Positions 17,981 through 27,088 of a stretch of DNA of 64,000 nt are shown piece after piece. Origin of the DNA: Vulcanimicrobiota bacterium (lineage in GTDB: Bacteria; Vulcanimicrobiota; Xenobia; Xenobiales; JADMJV01). Position 1 is the stretch's first letter; every line of letters begins with the position of its first letter. The notes under the pieces are model-generated. The model searched no databases. It saw only the letters and a list, made by a program, of their open reading frames with translations, and had not been told where the DNA came from. The position numbers were made by a program, and so were the translations under genes. Location of the stretch: the NCBI GenBank assembly GCA_050250895.1, contig JBFWNU010000003.1, positions 427,302-491,301 on the forward strand, written 5' to 3'.

Positions 17981-18733
17981 TCAAGCTCCTTTGAGGGGCA
18001 GCGACCTTAGAGTTCCTAGGTGAGACGCCTGGGGCGGAGCGTCTAACCAGCGAATATTGAGTAAGCCTCCTGGAAAGCTGTAGCCCGTCTGCCGTTGGCA
18101 CATTTGGGCCAGGCACAGACTCCAGCCCTCGAGCCACATCGACAACTCCCTACGCTTTTCGGCAGTCCCCTCCCACCAGACATAAAGATCGATGTCGCTG
18201 CAGGGACCCGCCTCACCGCTCTCGGTGCTCCCACCTAGATAAAGCGCACTGACGCCGAAACGTTCAGCATCAAGACTTGAGGCGAGTAATTCTGCGTAGG
18301 TCTGGCGCCACCGCCAGTGACCATTGGTTCGATCGGCGGCCGGTCGGTAGAGGAGATCAACCTGCTTCCACTCGAGATATTCCGAGAGCCTCGCAGCGAT
18401 GGTCCGCAGCAGCTCGACCTCTTCGGGCAAGAAAGCCGTCTTTCCCTCGTGGGTGGTGCTGACCTCGACCAGTCCCACCACGACCCCGCCTACCCGCAGT
18501 GGCTCAGAGATCAAAGGGTGGCCCGAGTGAAAACCCGGGCCCGCATAGGTTCGGCCCAGATACTCGATTCGCCCCGCGGTAGCCTCGGGCGCGAGCCACC
18601 CAGTAGGTAGGTGCTCCAACACGCGGGTAAACACTTCGACGGGGGGTAGGTCTCGGCGGACCACGACCTTGTGAACCTCGTACAGACAGGTGAGTTCCTT
18701 GGCTCGCTCTCGGAGGGAAAAGAGCTCGGTCAT
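17981..18733 (-). CDS. GAF-like plus nucleotidyltransferase-domain protein
   Basis: LRERAKELTCLY N-terminus; LYLGGST...SDIDL Pol-beta NTase motif; ATGA overlap at 18730-18733. Confidence 0.7.
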   Translation of the reverse strand: MTELFSLRERAKELTCLYEVHKVVVRRDLPPVEVFTRVLEHLPTGWLAPEATAGRIEYLGRTYAGPGFHSGHPLISEPLRVGGVVVGLVEVSTTHEGKTAFLPEEVELLRTIAARLSEYLEWKQVDLLYRPAADRTNGHWRWRQTYAELLASSLDAERFGVSALYLGGSTESGEAGPCSDIDLYVWWEGTAEKRRELSMWLEGWSLCLAQMCQRQTGYSFPGGLLNIRWLDAPPQASHLGTLRSLPLKGA

Positions 18734-19626
18734 AGGTGCTCTTCCCCTTCTGGATACAGTCGTCGATGCTCCTGCATGGCGCATCGATCGCTGACGACGT
18801 TGATGCCCACAGCTCGCAGAGAGCCAGCGAACAACTCGTTGCTGATCCCTTCCTGCAACCAGACGGTAGCCGGTCGCGGGTCCAAACTCAGGACATCGTC
18901 CAGATGATCGCCAAGAGCCTGGCTGCGACGAAAAAAGATGACCAGGTCGAGAGGCTCCTCGAGATCCTGAAGAGTGGGGGCGGTCCTTTCAGCAATAGGG
19001 TTGCGGCCCGCCGGCGTAACTCCCAGTAATCGAAATCCGTGGTCACGCAGATACTTGGGGACGTAACGCCCGGGTCGCTCGGGCTTATCGCTGATGCCCA
19101 CCACGGCTACGGTTCTGGTAGACTTAAAAATATGGTCGTACTCCTCTTGTTCGTCGAGCCGTGAGAGAACCGAGACGAGTCCCGAGGCCCGCTCTTGGGC
19201 TGCCTGCCAGGGAATTGGGAACAGTCGCAAGTTAGCCTGGACCAGGTGGAGGCAACACTGAGCAGCCGCCTGCAGAAGGCGCTTACCGACATAGAGATCG
19301 GCGAGCATCGAACTGGGGCAAGACCGGCGCGCCAGCCAGTAGTGTGAGGCCAGTTCCAGACACAACTCGGCGGCCCGCAAAGGACTGGAGGTCGAGGTCC
19401 GAAGTGGTTCCTCAAAAGGTTCTCCCGCCCGGCGCGCCCGCAGATATTCGGCGAAGGCGAAGCCATCGCTGGCGGCCAAAATGCTTAACGCATCCAACAC
19501 CTCGGCAGCCGGTCGGTGGCGACACTTTTGGAAGAGAGCTGCACCCGCTGCTCCCGAACTGATGCTAGCTAGACCAGCCGCGTGGGCAGGGGATGGTCCC
19601 CTCAAGTCCTCAAGCAGTTGTTGCAT
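18730..19626 (-). CDS. Cyclodeaminase-like (FTCD_C) plus CoA-binding domain fusion
   Basis: C-terminal VAVVGISDKPERPG...VWLQEGI...DRC (YccU-type); helical N-terminus resembles FTCD_C; TGATG overlap with Rrf2 gene. Confidence 0.7.
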   Translation of the reverse strand: MQQLLEDLRGPSPAHAAGLASISSGAAGAALFQKCRHRPAAEVLDALSILAASDGFAFAEYLRARRAGEPFEEPLRTSTSSPLRAAELCLELASHYWLARRSCPSSMLADLYVGKRLLQAAAQCCLHLVQANLRLFPIPWQAAQERASGLVSVLSRLDEQEEYDHIFKSTRTVAVVGISDKPERPGRYVPKYLRDHGFRLLGVTPAGRNPIAERTAPTLQDLEEPLDLVIFFRRSQALGDHLDDVLSLDPRPATVWLQEGISNELFAGSLRAVGINVVSDRCAMQEHRRLYPEGEEHL

Positions 19627-20060
19627 CAGAACCCTTTCGTTTCGACCATGGGTATCGGTCGGGTGTCGTCGGCCAGTAGTTCGGCTACTGTCGAGGCGGC
19701 CAGGACGGATTCGACCTCGGCCATCGCCTTGTCCAGTCGCGCGTGCATCGGGCAGAGTACTCGGCAGTGGGATTTGAGCTTGAGAGGACAACCCCGGACG
19801 CGTGGAATTGGGTCGACGGCCTGCACCACATCCAGGATCGTGATATCCTCGGGGGAGCGACAGAGGGCGGCCCCCCCGCCCACTCCTCGGCGGGACTTGA
19901 CCAGCCCCGCGCGTGCAAGACTCTGCAGGATCTTGGGCAGATAACTCACCGGTACCTGAGACTTGGTCGCCAACGTGCGGTTATCGATCGGTGCCTGCTG
20001 CCCTAGATGGGCCAGCATTACGACGGCCCTGATGGCGTATTCAGCTGTTTGCGAGAACAT
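19626..20060 (-). CDS. Rrf2-family transcriptional regulator (likely Fe-S)
   Basis: MFSQTAEYAIRA, YLPKILQSL, SRRGVGGG, CPLKLKSHCRVLCPMH. Confidence 0.92.
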   Translation of the reverse strand: MFSQTAEYAIRAVVMLAHLGQQAPIDNRTLATKSQVPVSYLPKILQSLARAGLVKSRRGVGGGAALCRSPEDITILDVVQAVDPIPRVRGCPLKLKSHCRVLCPMHARLDKAMAEVESVLAASTVAELLADDTRPIPMVETKGF

Positions 20061-20206
20061 AGATCCCTTCGTCCGCCGAGCGGAGGTTCGTTCAATTGTG
20101 GATAATGTTGTAAGATATGTAAATTATTACTCGACCTCAGGACACTGGTCAAGTCATACGATCACTGGTCGAGGACGGCTTGGGCCGGCCATCGACGACT
20201 TGTAGT

Positions 20207-20220
20207 TTGATCCAGGTCAA
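20207..20220 (+). promoter_or_regulatory. FNR/DNR box
   Basis: TTGATCCAGGTCAA; -10 TACCCT at 20244-20249. Confidence 0.75.
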
Positions 20221-20273
20221 GTTTCCAACCGTCCGGCGTGATCTACCCTGGGAAGGCACCGAGGAGGTTCACC

Positions 20274-21836
20274 ATGGATACGGATATACTCATTGTCGGT
20301 GCCGGTCCAACGGGTCTGCTGCTAGCCATCGAGTTGGCCCGGCGCGCAATACCGCACAGGCTGATCGACAAGGCCATTTTGCGGACCCAAGAAAGCCAGG
20401 CTCTGGGCCTACATCCTAGGACACTAGAAGTGCTCGAGAACGTAGGCGTGATTCGGGATTGTCTCAGAGACAGTGTCGCTCTCAAGGCCACCAGCGTCTA
20501 TACTCCTGGGTGCAGCCCGCGACGAATCTCGCTGGAACTCGCGTCGGATTCGAGAATTCCATACCCTGAAATCAGGGTTCTTCCCCAGAAGCGCTTGGAG
20601 TCGATCCTGACAAGACGGCTGGAACAACTGGGGGGTTGTGTCGAGCGCGGCGTGGCTTTCCAGAAGGGGTGGGTGAGTGATGATCTGGTGACGGCTGTCC
20701 TCTCTCATCAGGACGGCGCGGTCGAGAATCTGGCCTGCCGTTTCTTGGTGGGATGCGACGGTCCCTACAGTCGGGTTCGCGCCTCCACCGGAATTGGTTT
20801 CCCGGGCCATACTGAGGAGCTCGTCTACACCCTGGGAGAAGCCTCTGTCGATTGGGCACTCCCGCACGGGGAGAGCTACCAATTCGTGGGCGCAACACGC
20901 TACCTGCTGGCGATTCCCTTGCCACAGCCAAACCGTTTCCGCCTGGCTACATGGGAATCGGCTCCACCCAGTCGCTGTCCAGAACGGGTGCAACACGGCC
21001 CCCTGGTATCTAGTCCATGCTTGGAGGACTTTCAAGCTATCGTTCGGGAGGTAGTGCCGGTGCCAACCCGACTCTCGGACGCGGCCCGACTCACGAGCTA
21101 TCGTGTCGGCGCCAGGCTGGCCCAACGCTTTCGTCAAGGGCCGGTCTTCCTGGCCGGCGACGCGGCCCACATCCTTCCTCCTATCGGTGCTCAAGGCATG
21201 AATCTTGGCCTGCAGGACGCCTTCAATTTAGGCTGGAAGCTAGCAGCGGGAGCGCCCGAAGAGCTTCTGGATAGCTACGAACAGGAACGCCGCCCGATCG
21301 CCGCCGTCATGCTCGAGCAAGCCGGTCGGGCTCTGTCGAGCCTTGACTCTTGGAATGAGCCTCGAGGTTGGGCCAACTTGGAGCGACTCATGCTGGCGAG
21401 GCGCTGGTCTCACCTGGACGCCAACTATCGCACCAGTCCCGCAGTGTGCGATCTGGATATGGATCTGCCGGAGGCCGCCATCCGCGCCGGCGACCGGGCA
21501 CCGGATGGCTGGCTGAAAGAGCCTGCAACCAAGGGCAAAGTTCGCTTGTTCGAACTCTTTCGCGAGCCTATCTATCATCTTCTGACGTTCGGAGACCTCG
21601 AGGAGGTGGCAAACAGGCTTCGCCGCGAGTTTGCGGATCAGATCAAGGTTCACTCGCTTGGGCAGGAGCCCAATCAGGACACGGAAGCATTACTGTCTGC
21701 CTATGGCTTTCGGGGCGCCGGTATGGTGTTGATTCGACCCGATGGGTACGTTGCCTTCCGTGGGCCCGCCAGCCAGGCCCCCGAACTGTTTCGGTTTTTA
21801 GGGTCGTTGCAACTGGGCGGGGAGGTGGCCGTCTGA
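20274..21836 (+). CDS. FAD-dependent monooxygenase (PheA/TfdB family)
   Basis: GAGPTG, VGCDG, LAGDAAH, QGMNLGLQDAFNLGWKLA, LIRPDGYV; GAGGAGG RBS. Confidence 0.92.
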   Translation: MDTDILIVGAGPTGLLLAIELARRAIPHRLIDKAILRTQESQALGLHPRTLEVLENVGVIRDCLRDSVALKATSVYTPGCSPRRISLELASDSRIPYPEIRVLPQKRLESILTRRLEQLGGCVERGVAFQKGWVSDDLVTAVLSHQDGAVENLACRFLVGCDGPYSRVRASTGIGFPGHTEELVYTLGEASVDWALPHGESYQFVGATRYLLAIPLPQPNRFRLATWESAPPSRCPERVQHGPLVSSPCLEDFQAIVREVVPVPTRLSDAARLTSYRVGARLAQRFRQGPVFLAGDAAHILPPIGAQGMNLGLQDAFNLGWKLAAGAPEELLDSYEQERRPIAAVMLEQAGRALSSLDSWNEPRGWANLERLMLARRWSHLDANYRTSPAVCDLDMDLPEAAIRAGDRAPDGWLKEPATKGKVRLFELFREPIYHLLTFGDLEEVANRLRREFADQIKVHSLGQEPNQDTEALLSAYGFRGAGMVLIRPDGYVAFRGPASQAPELFRFLGSLQLGGEVAV

Positions 21837-23035
21837 GGACAACCGGAGCCAGGATTGTCAGGCCCGGCCACGTCAGCCTGACCGCCGCAAGTGGGCTGGT
21901 CAAGCTCGTTTGCGATCGCCTCGAAGTGATGGTCTTTGACCAGGCCGGGCGTTTGCTCTCGGCAACCATGAACGGAGGCGTCTATCGTCGGGGAACGGAT
22001 GGGAGCATCTTGCGGATCGAGCGTCAGGAGTCAGGCACGGTTCGTTACCATGACACACGCCGGCTGGATGTGGGCGAGGCCGACCAATTGTTACACCAGA
22101 TTCACCTCCGACTGCATGCGGCGCGAAGCCTTTTGGGGGATGGGTTCACGCCTCTGATGCCGGCCACGACCATCAATCTGAAGGCCGATGCAGCGATCTT
22201 CCAAAAACTCTACCGAGAGGTCGGAATTCTCCCTCCCGATCGTTATCGAGCTCTGGTGCTCAACCTTACCGAGGGCTGTTCCTACAACCGCTGCAGTTTT
22301 TGCAGCTTCTATCGCAACAAGACGTACAGAGTGCGTTCTACGGAGGTGTTTCGCCGCCACGTCCAAAGCATCGTGGCGGCTTTCGGTGCTGGTCTCGCTT
22401 ATCGACGTGGCATTTTCCTGGGGCAGGCCAACGCAGCCAGTCTTGCCCTTGATTCTCTGCTGGGCGCGCTGGCGACTATTCGGGAGATGTTTCCCTGCAA
22501 GTGGACAGACCTGTCGGGCCGACCTCGCCATCCCCTCGATTTCGAGCGAGTCTCGGCTTTTTTGGATACCTTCACGCGACCCCGTCGCTCGGTCCAGGAC
22601 TGGGTGTTATTGCGCCGAGCTGGATTGGATTCTGTCTATCTCGGGGTCGAGAGCGGTTCGCCCCGGGCCTTGAAACTGCTGGGCAAGCCCGGAGCGCCTC
22701 GCCATGTTGGAGAGCTGGTGTCGCGACTAAAACAAGCTGGCGTGAAGGTGAACGTCATCATTATGAGCGGCGTAGGGGGACGAGAGATGGCTCAAGAGCA
22801 CATGGCTGCCACCACGGCCCTGCTCAACTCGCTTCCACTGGTTGGCGAGGATAGGATCCATATCTCCGAGATGGTTGTGCAGCCCGGATCCAAATATTCT
22901 CGCACCGACTTGGAGCACCTCGACCGTGTCGCTTGCCGACTACAGACCCGAGCAATTAGGGCCGGGTTGAGCTTTCCTCAACCACCTCGGGGCCCTGCGG
23001 TAACTTTGTATGACATCCGCCAATTTGTCTATTGA
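21833..23035 (+). CDS. Radical SAM protein, probable CTG start
   Basis: GCSYNRCSFC, YLGVESG; GGAGGT 6 nt before in-frame CTG overlapping the upstream TGA. Confidence 0.8.
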   Translation: MRTTGARIVRPGHVSLTAASGLVKLVCDRLEVMVFDQAGRLLSATMNGGVYRRGTDGSILRIERQESGTVRYHDTRRLDVGEADQLLHQIHLRLHAARSLLGDGFTPLMPATTINLKADAAIFQKLYREVGILPPDRYRALVLNLTEGCSYNRCSFCSFYRNKTYRVRSTEVFRRHVQSIVAAFGAGLAYRRGIFLGQANAASLALDSLLGALATIREMFPCKWTDLSGRPRHPLDFERVSAFLDTFTRPRRSVQDWVLLRRAGLDSVYLGVESGSPRALKLLGKPGAPRHVGELVSRLKQAGVKVNVIIMSGVGGREMAQEHMAATTALLNSLPLVGEDRIHISEMVVQPGSKYSRTDLEHLDRVACRLQTRAIRAGLSFPQPPRGPAVTLYDIRQFVY

Positions 23036-23270
23036 TTGGTCGATGCTGTTTGCGTCCCGCTACCTCAGGGTCTCGTAATACGGGCTAGAGGGAATGCTCT
23101 TCCATTGGGGGCCTTGCCTCCTGGCCTCTCTTTCCGGCGTCTGCCAAGCGCTCCGGTTCACGGCCGGAATCGACTATGAGTTGTTGTCTGTCCGGCTTGG
23201 CTGTAGGGACCAACAATGGATGGCCGTCTAACCAGCCATTTCGTCAAGATTATTTGGCCGTCTTGGCCGA

Positions 23271-23729
23271 GTGATGAAAAGAGAGAAGGGTCTCTGGTAT
23301 TCTCTAAAGTGTCCAAACCCAAGAGAAGAAAGAGAACCCTTCGTCACGATTTTATCCGTCAGCGGCATCGACAGCAAGACGTATCTGCAAAACCCGTCCC
23401 TGGTTCGCGACGGTGTTGGGTTTTGTCCGGTTTGCCCTCGGCCAACGCGGCTTGCCAACAACGGAGGCTACGCACGGAGGATACCCGTGGCTCCGGGAAA
23501 GTGGGAAGTCAGCTGGATTTATCGCAAGTATTGCTGCCGCTGTCGTGTCTCTTTCTCTCTACTCCCGCAGTTTCTGCTCCGGCGCCAAAGCTATAGCCTG
23601 TCGCTGGTGGCGGCCTGGCTCTGGGCCTGGCTGAACGGTGCTTCCACCCGGCAGCGTGAGTTCTACCTCAGCAACCAGGTCGAGTTGCCTGCCGTCGATC
23701 AAAAGCTTTCCTGGTCGGATTTGTTCTAA
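23271..23729 (+). mobile_element. DUF6431-like zinc-finger ORF of an IS/transposon, orphaned
   Basis: CPVC...GGYAR...CCRC..FSLLPQFL; no transposase follows. Confidence 0.6.
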
Positions 23730-23967
23730 CCGTGATCGAGGCCAGCGCGCGCTGGCCTCGATCTTGCTTTCGGCCTCACTTTCGCGGACAGATAAACTTG
23801 ATCGCAGGCGGCCAAATAATCTTAGCGGCGACACTTGGCATTCTCTCTTAAGAAGCCCGTCGCAGGAATAAGGGAGGCAGGCTTGAATGGGAGCCACGCC
23901 GCTATGCAGCTCGCCCCCTGACCCCCATTCGACTGCAGCGGCCGCCTCGGCCTCGCCGGGGCTTTTG

Positions 23968-24177
23968 TCATGCTGAGCTGGGCACCTCAACGGTAGAGCA
24001 GAGCGCCTCATAAGTCCGACCGGCCTGACTCAGGAGGATGTGGGCCTGGTGAATCTGGTGGGCTGCTTTGCAGACGCCCTCGATTTTTCGAAGCTCGGGG
24101 TGGGTCATCTCGAGAGCGGCCAGTTCGTCGATGGCGGCCGATAGGTTGGAGGTGACGAACTTGAGTGGGTCAGTCAT
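23968..24177 (-). CDS. Small phage-like hypothetical protein
   Basis: MTDPLKFV start with GGAGGA RBS; downstream of phage-like HTH gene. Confidence 0.45.
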   Translation of the reverse strand: MTDPLKFVTSNLSAAIDELAALEMTHPELRKIEGVCKAAHQIHQAHILLSQAGRTYEALCSTVEVPSSA

Positions 24178-24250
24178 CGGGTCCTCCCAAGGCGGCGGGC
24201 AGGGCGGGGGACATCTACTTGCCTCGGCGTCCAAGCCTCCGCCCTTTGTA

Positions 24251-24604
24251 TCAGGCCGGCCTAGCGCCCGTTCCTGACTCACCACCGATGATGATTTGGT
24301 CGACGTTAGTCAGGGTCGGCAGATAGATGGGAGCGAGCATGCTACGGCCCGATGGGGAAGCCTCAGACCCAGCGGGGCGGGGGGAGTTGACCAAGCCCCG
24401 CTCGAAGCGCTCGACTTCATCGAGTGTTATGGCCCATTTGTCGCCTTGCCTACCCCCGAAGCCACGGATTAAGCCAGTTTGTAACCAATGCAGGGTCGTG
24501 GGGTGTGAGAAAGGCCGACGTCCAGGCAGTTCCTGAGAAGTGAGATATTTCAACAGCGCTAAGCTCCGTCTAAGGGGAAAGGGGTGCGCAAACCACGAAG
24601 TCAC
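24251..24604 (-). pseudogene. Excisionase/Cro-like HTH fused to a DUF5131 (phage Gp37/Gp68) fragment
   Basis: KYLTSQE...TTLHWLQTGLIRG...WAITLDEVERF, then VDQIIIGGESGTGARP. Confidence 0.6.
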
Positions 24605-24708
24605 TTAACTGACGCTTGTAGAGTAACCCCCGACGGCGTCAGCGTTGCTCTCAGTGGCTAGCTTGCCAACAGAATATATCAAATCAAATTTGAAGTCAAG
24701 GCGTCAAA

Positions 24709-25101
24709 TTGAATTCATCATCATTGAGAGTGCTAGGTAGCAGAATAAAAGAGGCCAGGGAATCCCTCGGCTTCACTCAACAAGAATTCGCCGATCACCT
24801 CGGGAAGAAGAGCTACCAGATTGTCAGCCGGTGGGAGTCAAACCTTTCTTATCCACCTCTGCCAACGCTTGACGAGATCGCAGTGCTGACCAGAAGACCA
24901 ATTGGCTGGTTTTTCAATGATGCTGTAGGCGCCTCCTTTGAGAAGGCCGGGCCGCCGATTCATGAAATATCGGCGGCGCTGCGCAAGCTCGAGGCGGCGG
25001 AGGTGCTAGCGGCTCAGGCTCGCGATGAACTCGCGGCCGTCGTTGCCCAGCACAGCGACCGGACAGATTCACTCTGCAGAAAGGAGTCGACTAGCAAATG
25101 A
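24709..25101 (+). CDS. Xre/CI-like HTH repressor
   Basis: LGSRIKEARESLGFTQQEFA...VSRWE...P; divergent from the HTH gene. Confidence 0.82.
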   Translation: MNSSSLRVLGSRIKEARESLGFTQQEFADHLGKKSYQIVSRWESNLSYPPLPTLDEIAVLTRRPIGWFFNDAVGASFEKAGPPIHEISAALRKLEAAEVLAAQARDELAAVVAQHSDRTDSLCRKESTSK

Positions 25102-25678
25102 AGATCGGGGTCGAAACTCAACTCGGTCTATCTTGAAGTCGAAGCTTGACGGAGCTAGCCACGACCGTCTTGAGATTTAGGCACTGATGGGTATAGAGAT
25201 CTTGGCGCATCAGGGTGAAGAACCCGAGGCTCTCAAGGAGCGCCGCCCGATACTCAGGGCAATCACGGGTCGGGACTATGACGACGCCGCGATGTGCATG
25301 TAGGGTCGGCCTTCCTCGGCGAAAGCCGCCGCGACCCAGGGTAGATCCGTGGGGTCGGGTGGCAAATACTCCTGCTCTAATTCTGGATCTACGCACGGCT
25401 CAAGACCGTTGGCGCCCAATCGGTAGACAAACATGCTGCCGTAGATAGCCCTTTGAAAACGGATAGTGTATGCATAGTTTGCTCGCCAGTTCATCCACCG
25501 CGCATCGGCGAGACTGGTTATCGGATTACCGAAATTGACCACTCGGCAAGCCGGAGAACGGCCGCCCCGTGAGCATCGAAGAACGGCGTGCCACTGGTGA
25601 ACGGCGCCGTGCCCCGACTTGAGCAGGTTGAAGGGATCGTCTGGAGAAGGCCGCCCCGTGGACTCCATCTTGGTCACG

Positions 25679-26920
25679 ATGCAATGGCCCTACGCGGATG
25701 CGATCTTTCGTCTGGTCCTGGCGCTGGCGCTGGGCCTCTTCATAGGGCTAGAACGCGAGCGTAGACACAAAGAGGCCGGCGTTCGGACCTTTGCGTTCGC
25801 CGCCTTGCTCGGGGGCCTTGGAGCGCTTCTAGGAGAAGACTTCGCTCTGGCGAGTTTGGCCTTGCTAGGCCTTATGGCTGTCTTGCTGAACATTTCGTCC
25901 TTGCGGGACGGCCACGGGGCCGAGTTGACCACGACGGCTGCGATGCTGGTGACTGGGTACACGGGGCTTTTGTGCGGGCAGGGTCATACCTTCACTCCGG
26001 TCGCCATTGCGATGTTATCGGCTGGGTTGCTGGCCTGGAAGAATCCGCTGAGCGGTTTTAGTCTGGGCCTCACTGAAACCGAACTTCGCTCGGCGATTTT
26101 GCTGGGGATATTGGCTTTTGTCATCTATCCGGCCTTACCCACTTCTACTATCGATCCGTGGGGGGCCATCGACCCCCGAGCAGCCTGGGTGACGGTGATT
26201 CTCATCGCTGGCATCGGTTTCGTCAACTATATCCTGCTCAAGCTCTACGGCTCTCGAGGGTTTGCTATCAGTGGATTTCTGGGTGGGCTCGTGAACAGCA
26301 GCGTGACTGTGAGCGAGATGGCGGCCAGGGTTCAAGAGAATGAGGCTCTCGGTCCTACCGCCTACCGGGCGGTTCTGCTAGCAACGGCGGCTATGCTGGT
26401 GCGCAATGCAGTCATCCTTGGACTTCTCTCTCCACTTTGTCTGGTCAAGACCGTGATGCCGATGGTTTTCATGTTGCTGTGTTGCGGTGGACTGTCGCTA
26501 TGGGAGCGGTCCCGTCCCCCTGCGGCCATGGAAGCACCTGTGCTCGACATCGACTCGCCTTTTTCTCTATTCTCGGCCCTGAAGTTTGGCGTTCTTTTTC
26601 TCGTTCTCGAAGTGCTGGGGGAGACCGGTCAACGCCATCTCGGCCAATTCGGTCTTTACGGGGTCAGCCTCCTGGGGGGGGCCGTTTCCAGTTCTAGTGC
26701 CGTAGCCTCGGCGGGGCTGCTGGTGTCCCACGGTAGTGTTTCGGCGACGCTTGGAGCGAATGCCGCTGTGGTGGCGTCGGTGGTAAGCGCGATGGTAAAT
26801 GTTCCTTTGGTGATGCGGAGTGGAAACAAGCTTCTGGTCCGCCGACTGGCGGCGGCCCTTGTTCTATTAGCGATAGCGGCGGGCTTGGGGGTGATCGTGC
26901 AGGCCCGGCTTCGATGGTGA
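25679..26920 (+). CDS. MgtC/SapB family protein with DUF4010
   Basis: LFIGLERER, AGVRTF, GLVNSSVT; many TM helices; start may be GTG 25658. Confidence 0.88.
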   Translation: MQWPYADAIFRLVLALALGLFIGLERERRHKEAGVRTFAFAALLGGLGALLGEDFALASLALLGLMAVLLNISSLRDGHGAELTTTAAMLVTGYTGLLCGQGHTFTPVAIAMLSAGLLAWKNPLSGFSLGLTETELRSAILLGILAFVIYPALPTSTIDPWGAIDPRAAWVTVILIAGIGFVNYILLKLYGSRGFAISGFLGGLVNSSVTVSEMAARVQENEALGPTAYRAVLLATAAMLVRNAVILGLLSPLCLVKTVMPMVFMLLCCGGLSLWERSRPPAAMEAPVLDIDSPFSLFSALKFGVLFLVLEVLGETGQRHLGQFGLYGVSLLGGAVSSSSAVASAGLLVSHGSVSATLGANAAVVASVVSAMVNVPLVMRSGNKLLVRRLAAALVLLAIAAGLGVIVQARLRW

Positions 26921-27088
26921 TTGCATTGGCAGGCCGTTTGATCTCAAAGAAGACGGTCTCGACCTGGTTGTCGGTGCAGCCACCTCACCGGGATCGCGAT
27001 CGGGTCACGCCAGGCGGTAAAGGACCTCCCGAGGGGATGACCTCCTAGCCCGCAGGTTCGGTCCTGGAGGAGAAAGGGCTGGAGGCTG

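Noticed and set aside
21368-21832. Long N-terminal extensions in the ORF track (also 55032, 46339, 19791, 41469, 58616)
   Set aside because: They overlap neighbouring real genes; RBS or coupling evidence supports later starts.
25619-25632. TTGAGCAGGTTGAA as a DNR box for MgtC
   Set aside because: Poor right half-site and no -10 at the spacing shared by the other boxes.
25276-25677. Minus-strand ORF between the repressor and MgtC
   Set aside because: No recognisable motif or RBS; it may be a gene fragment but cannot be supported.
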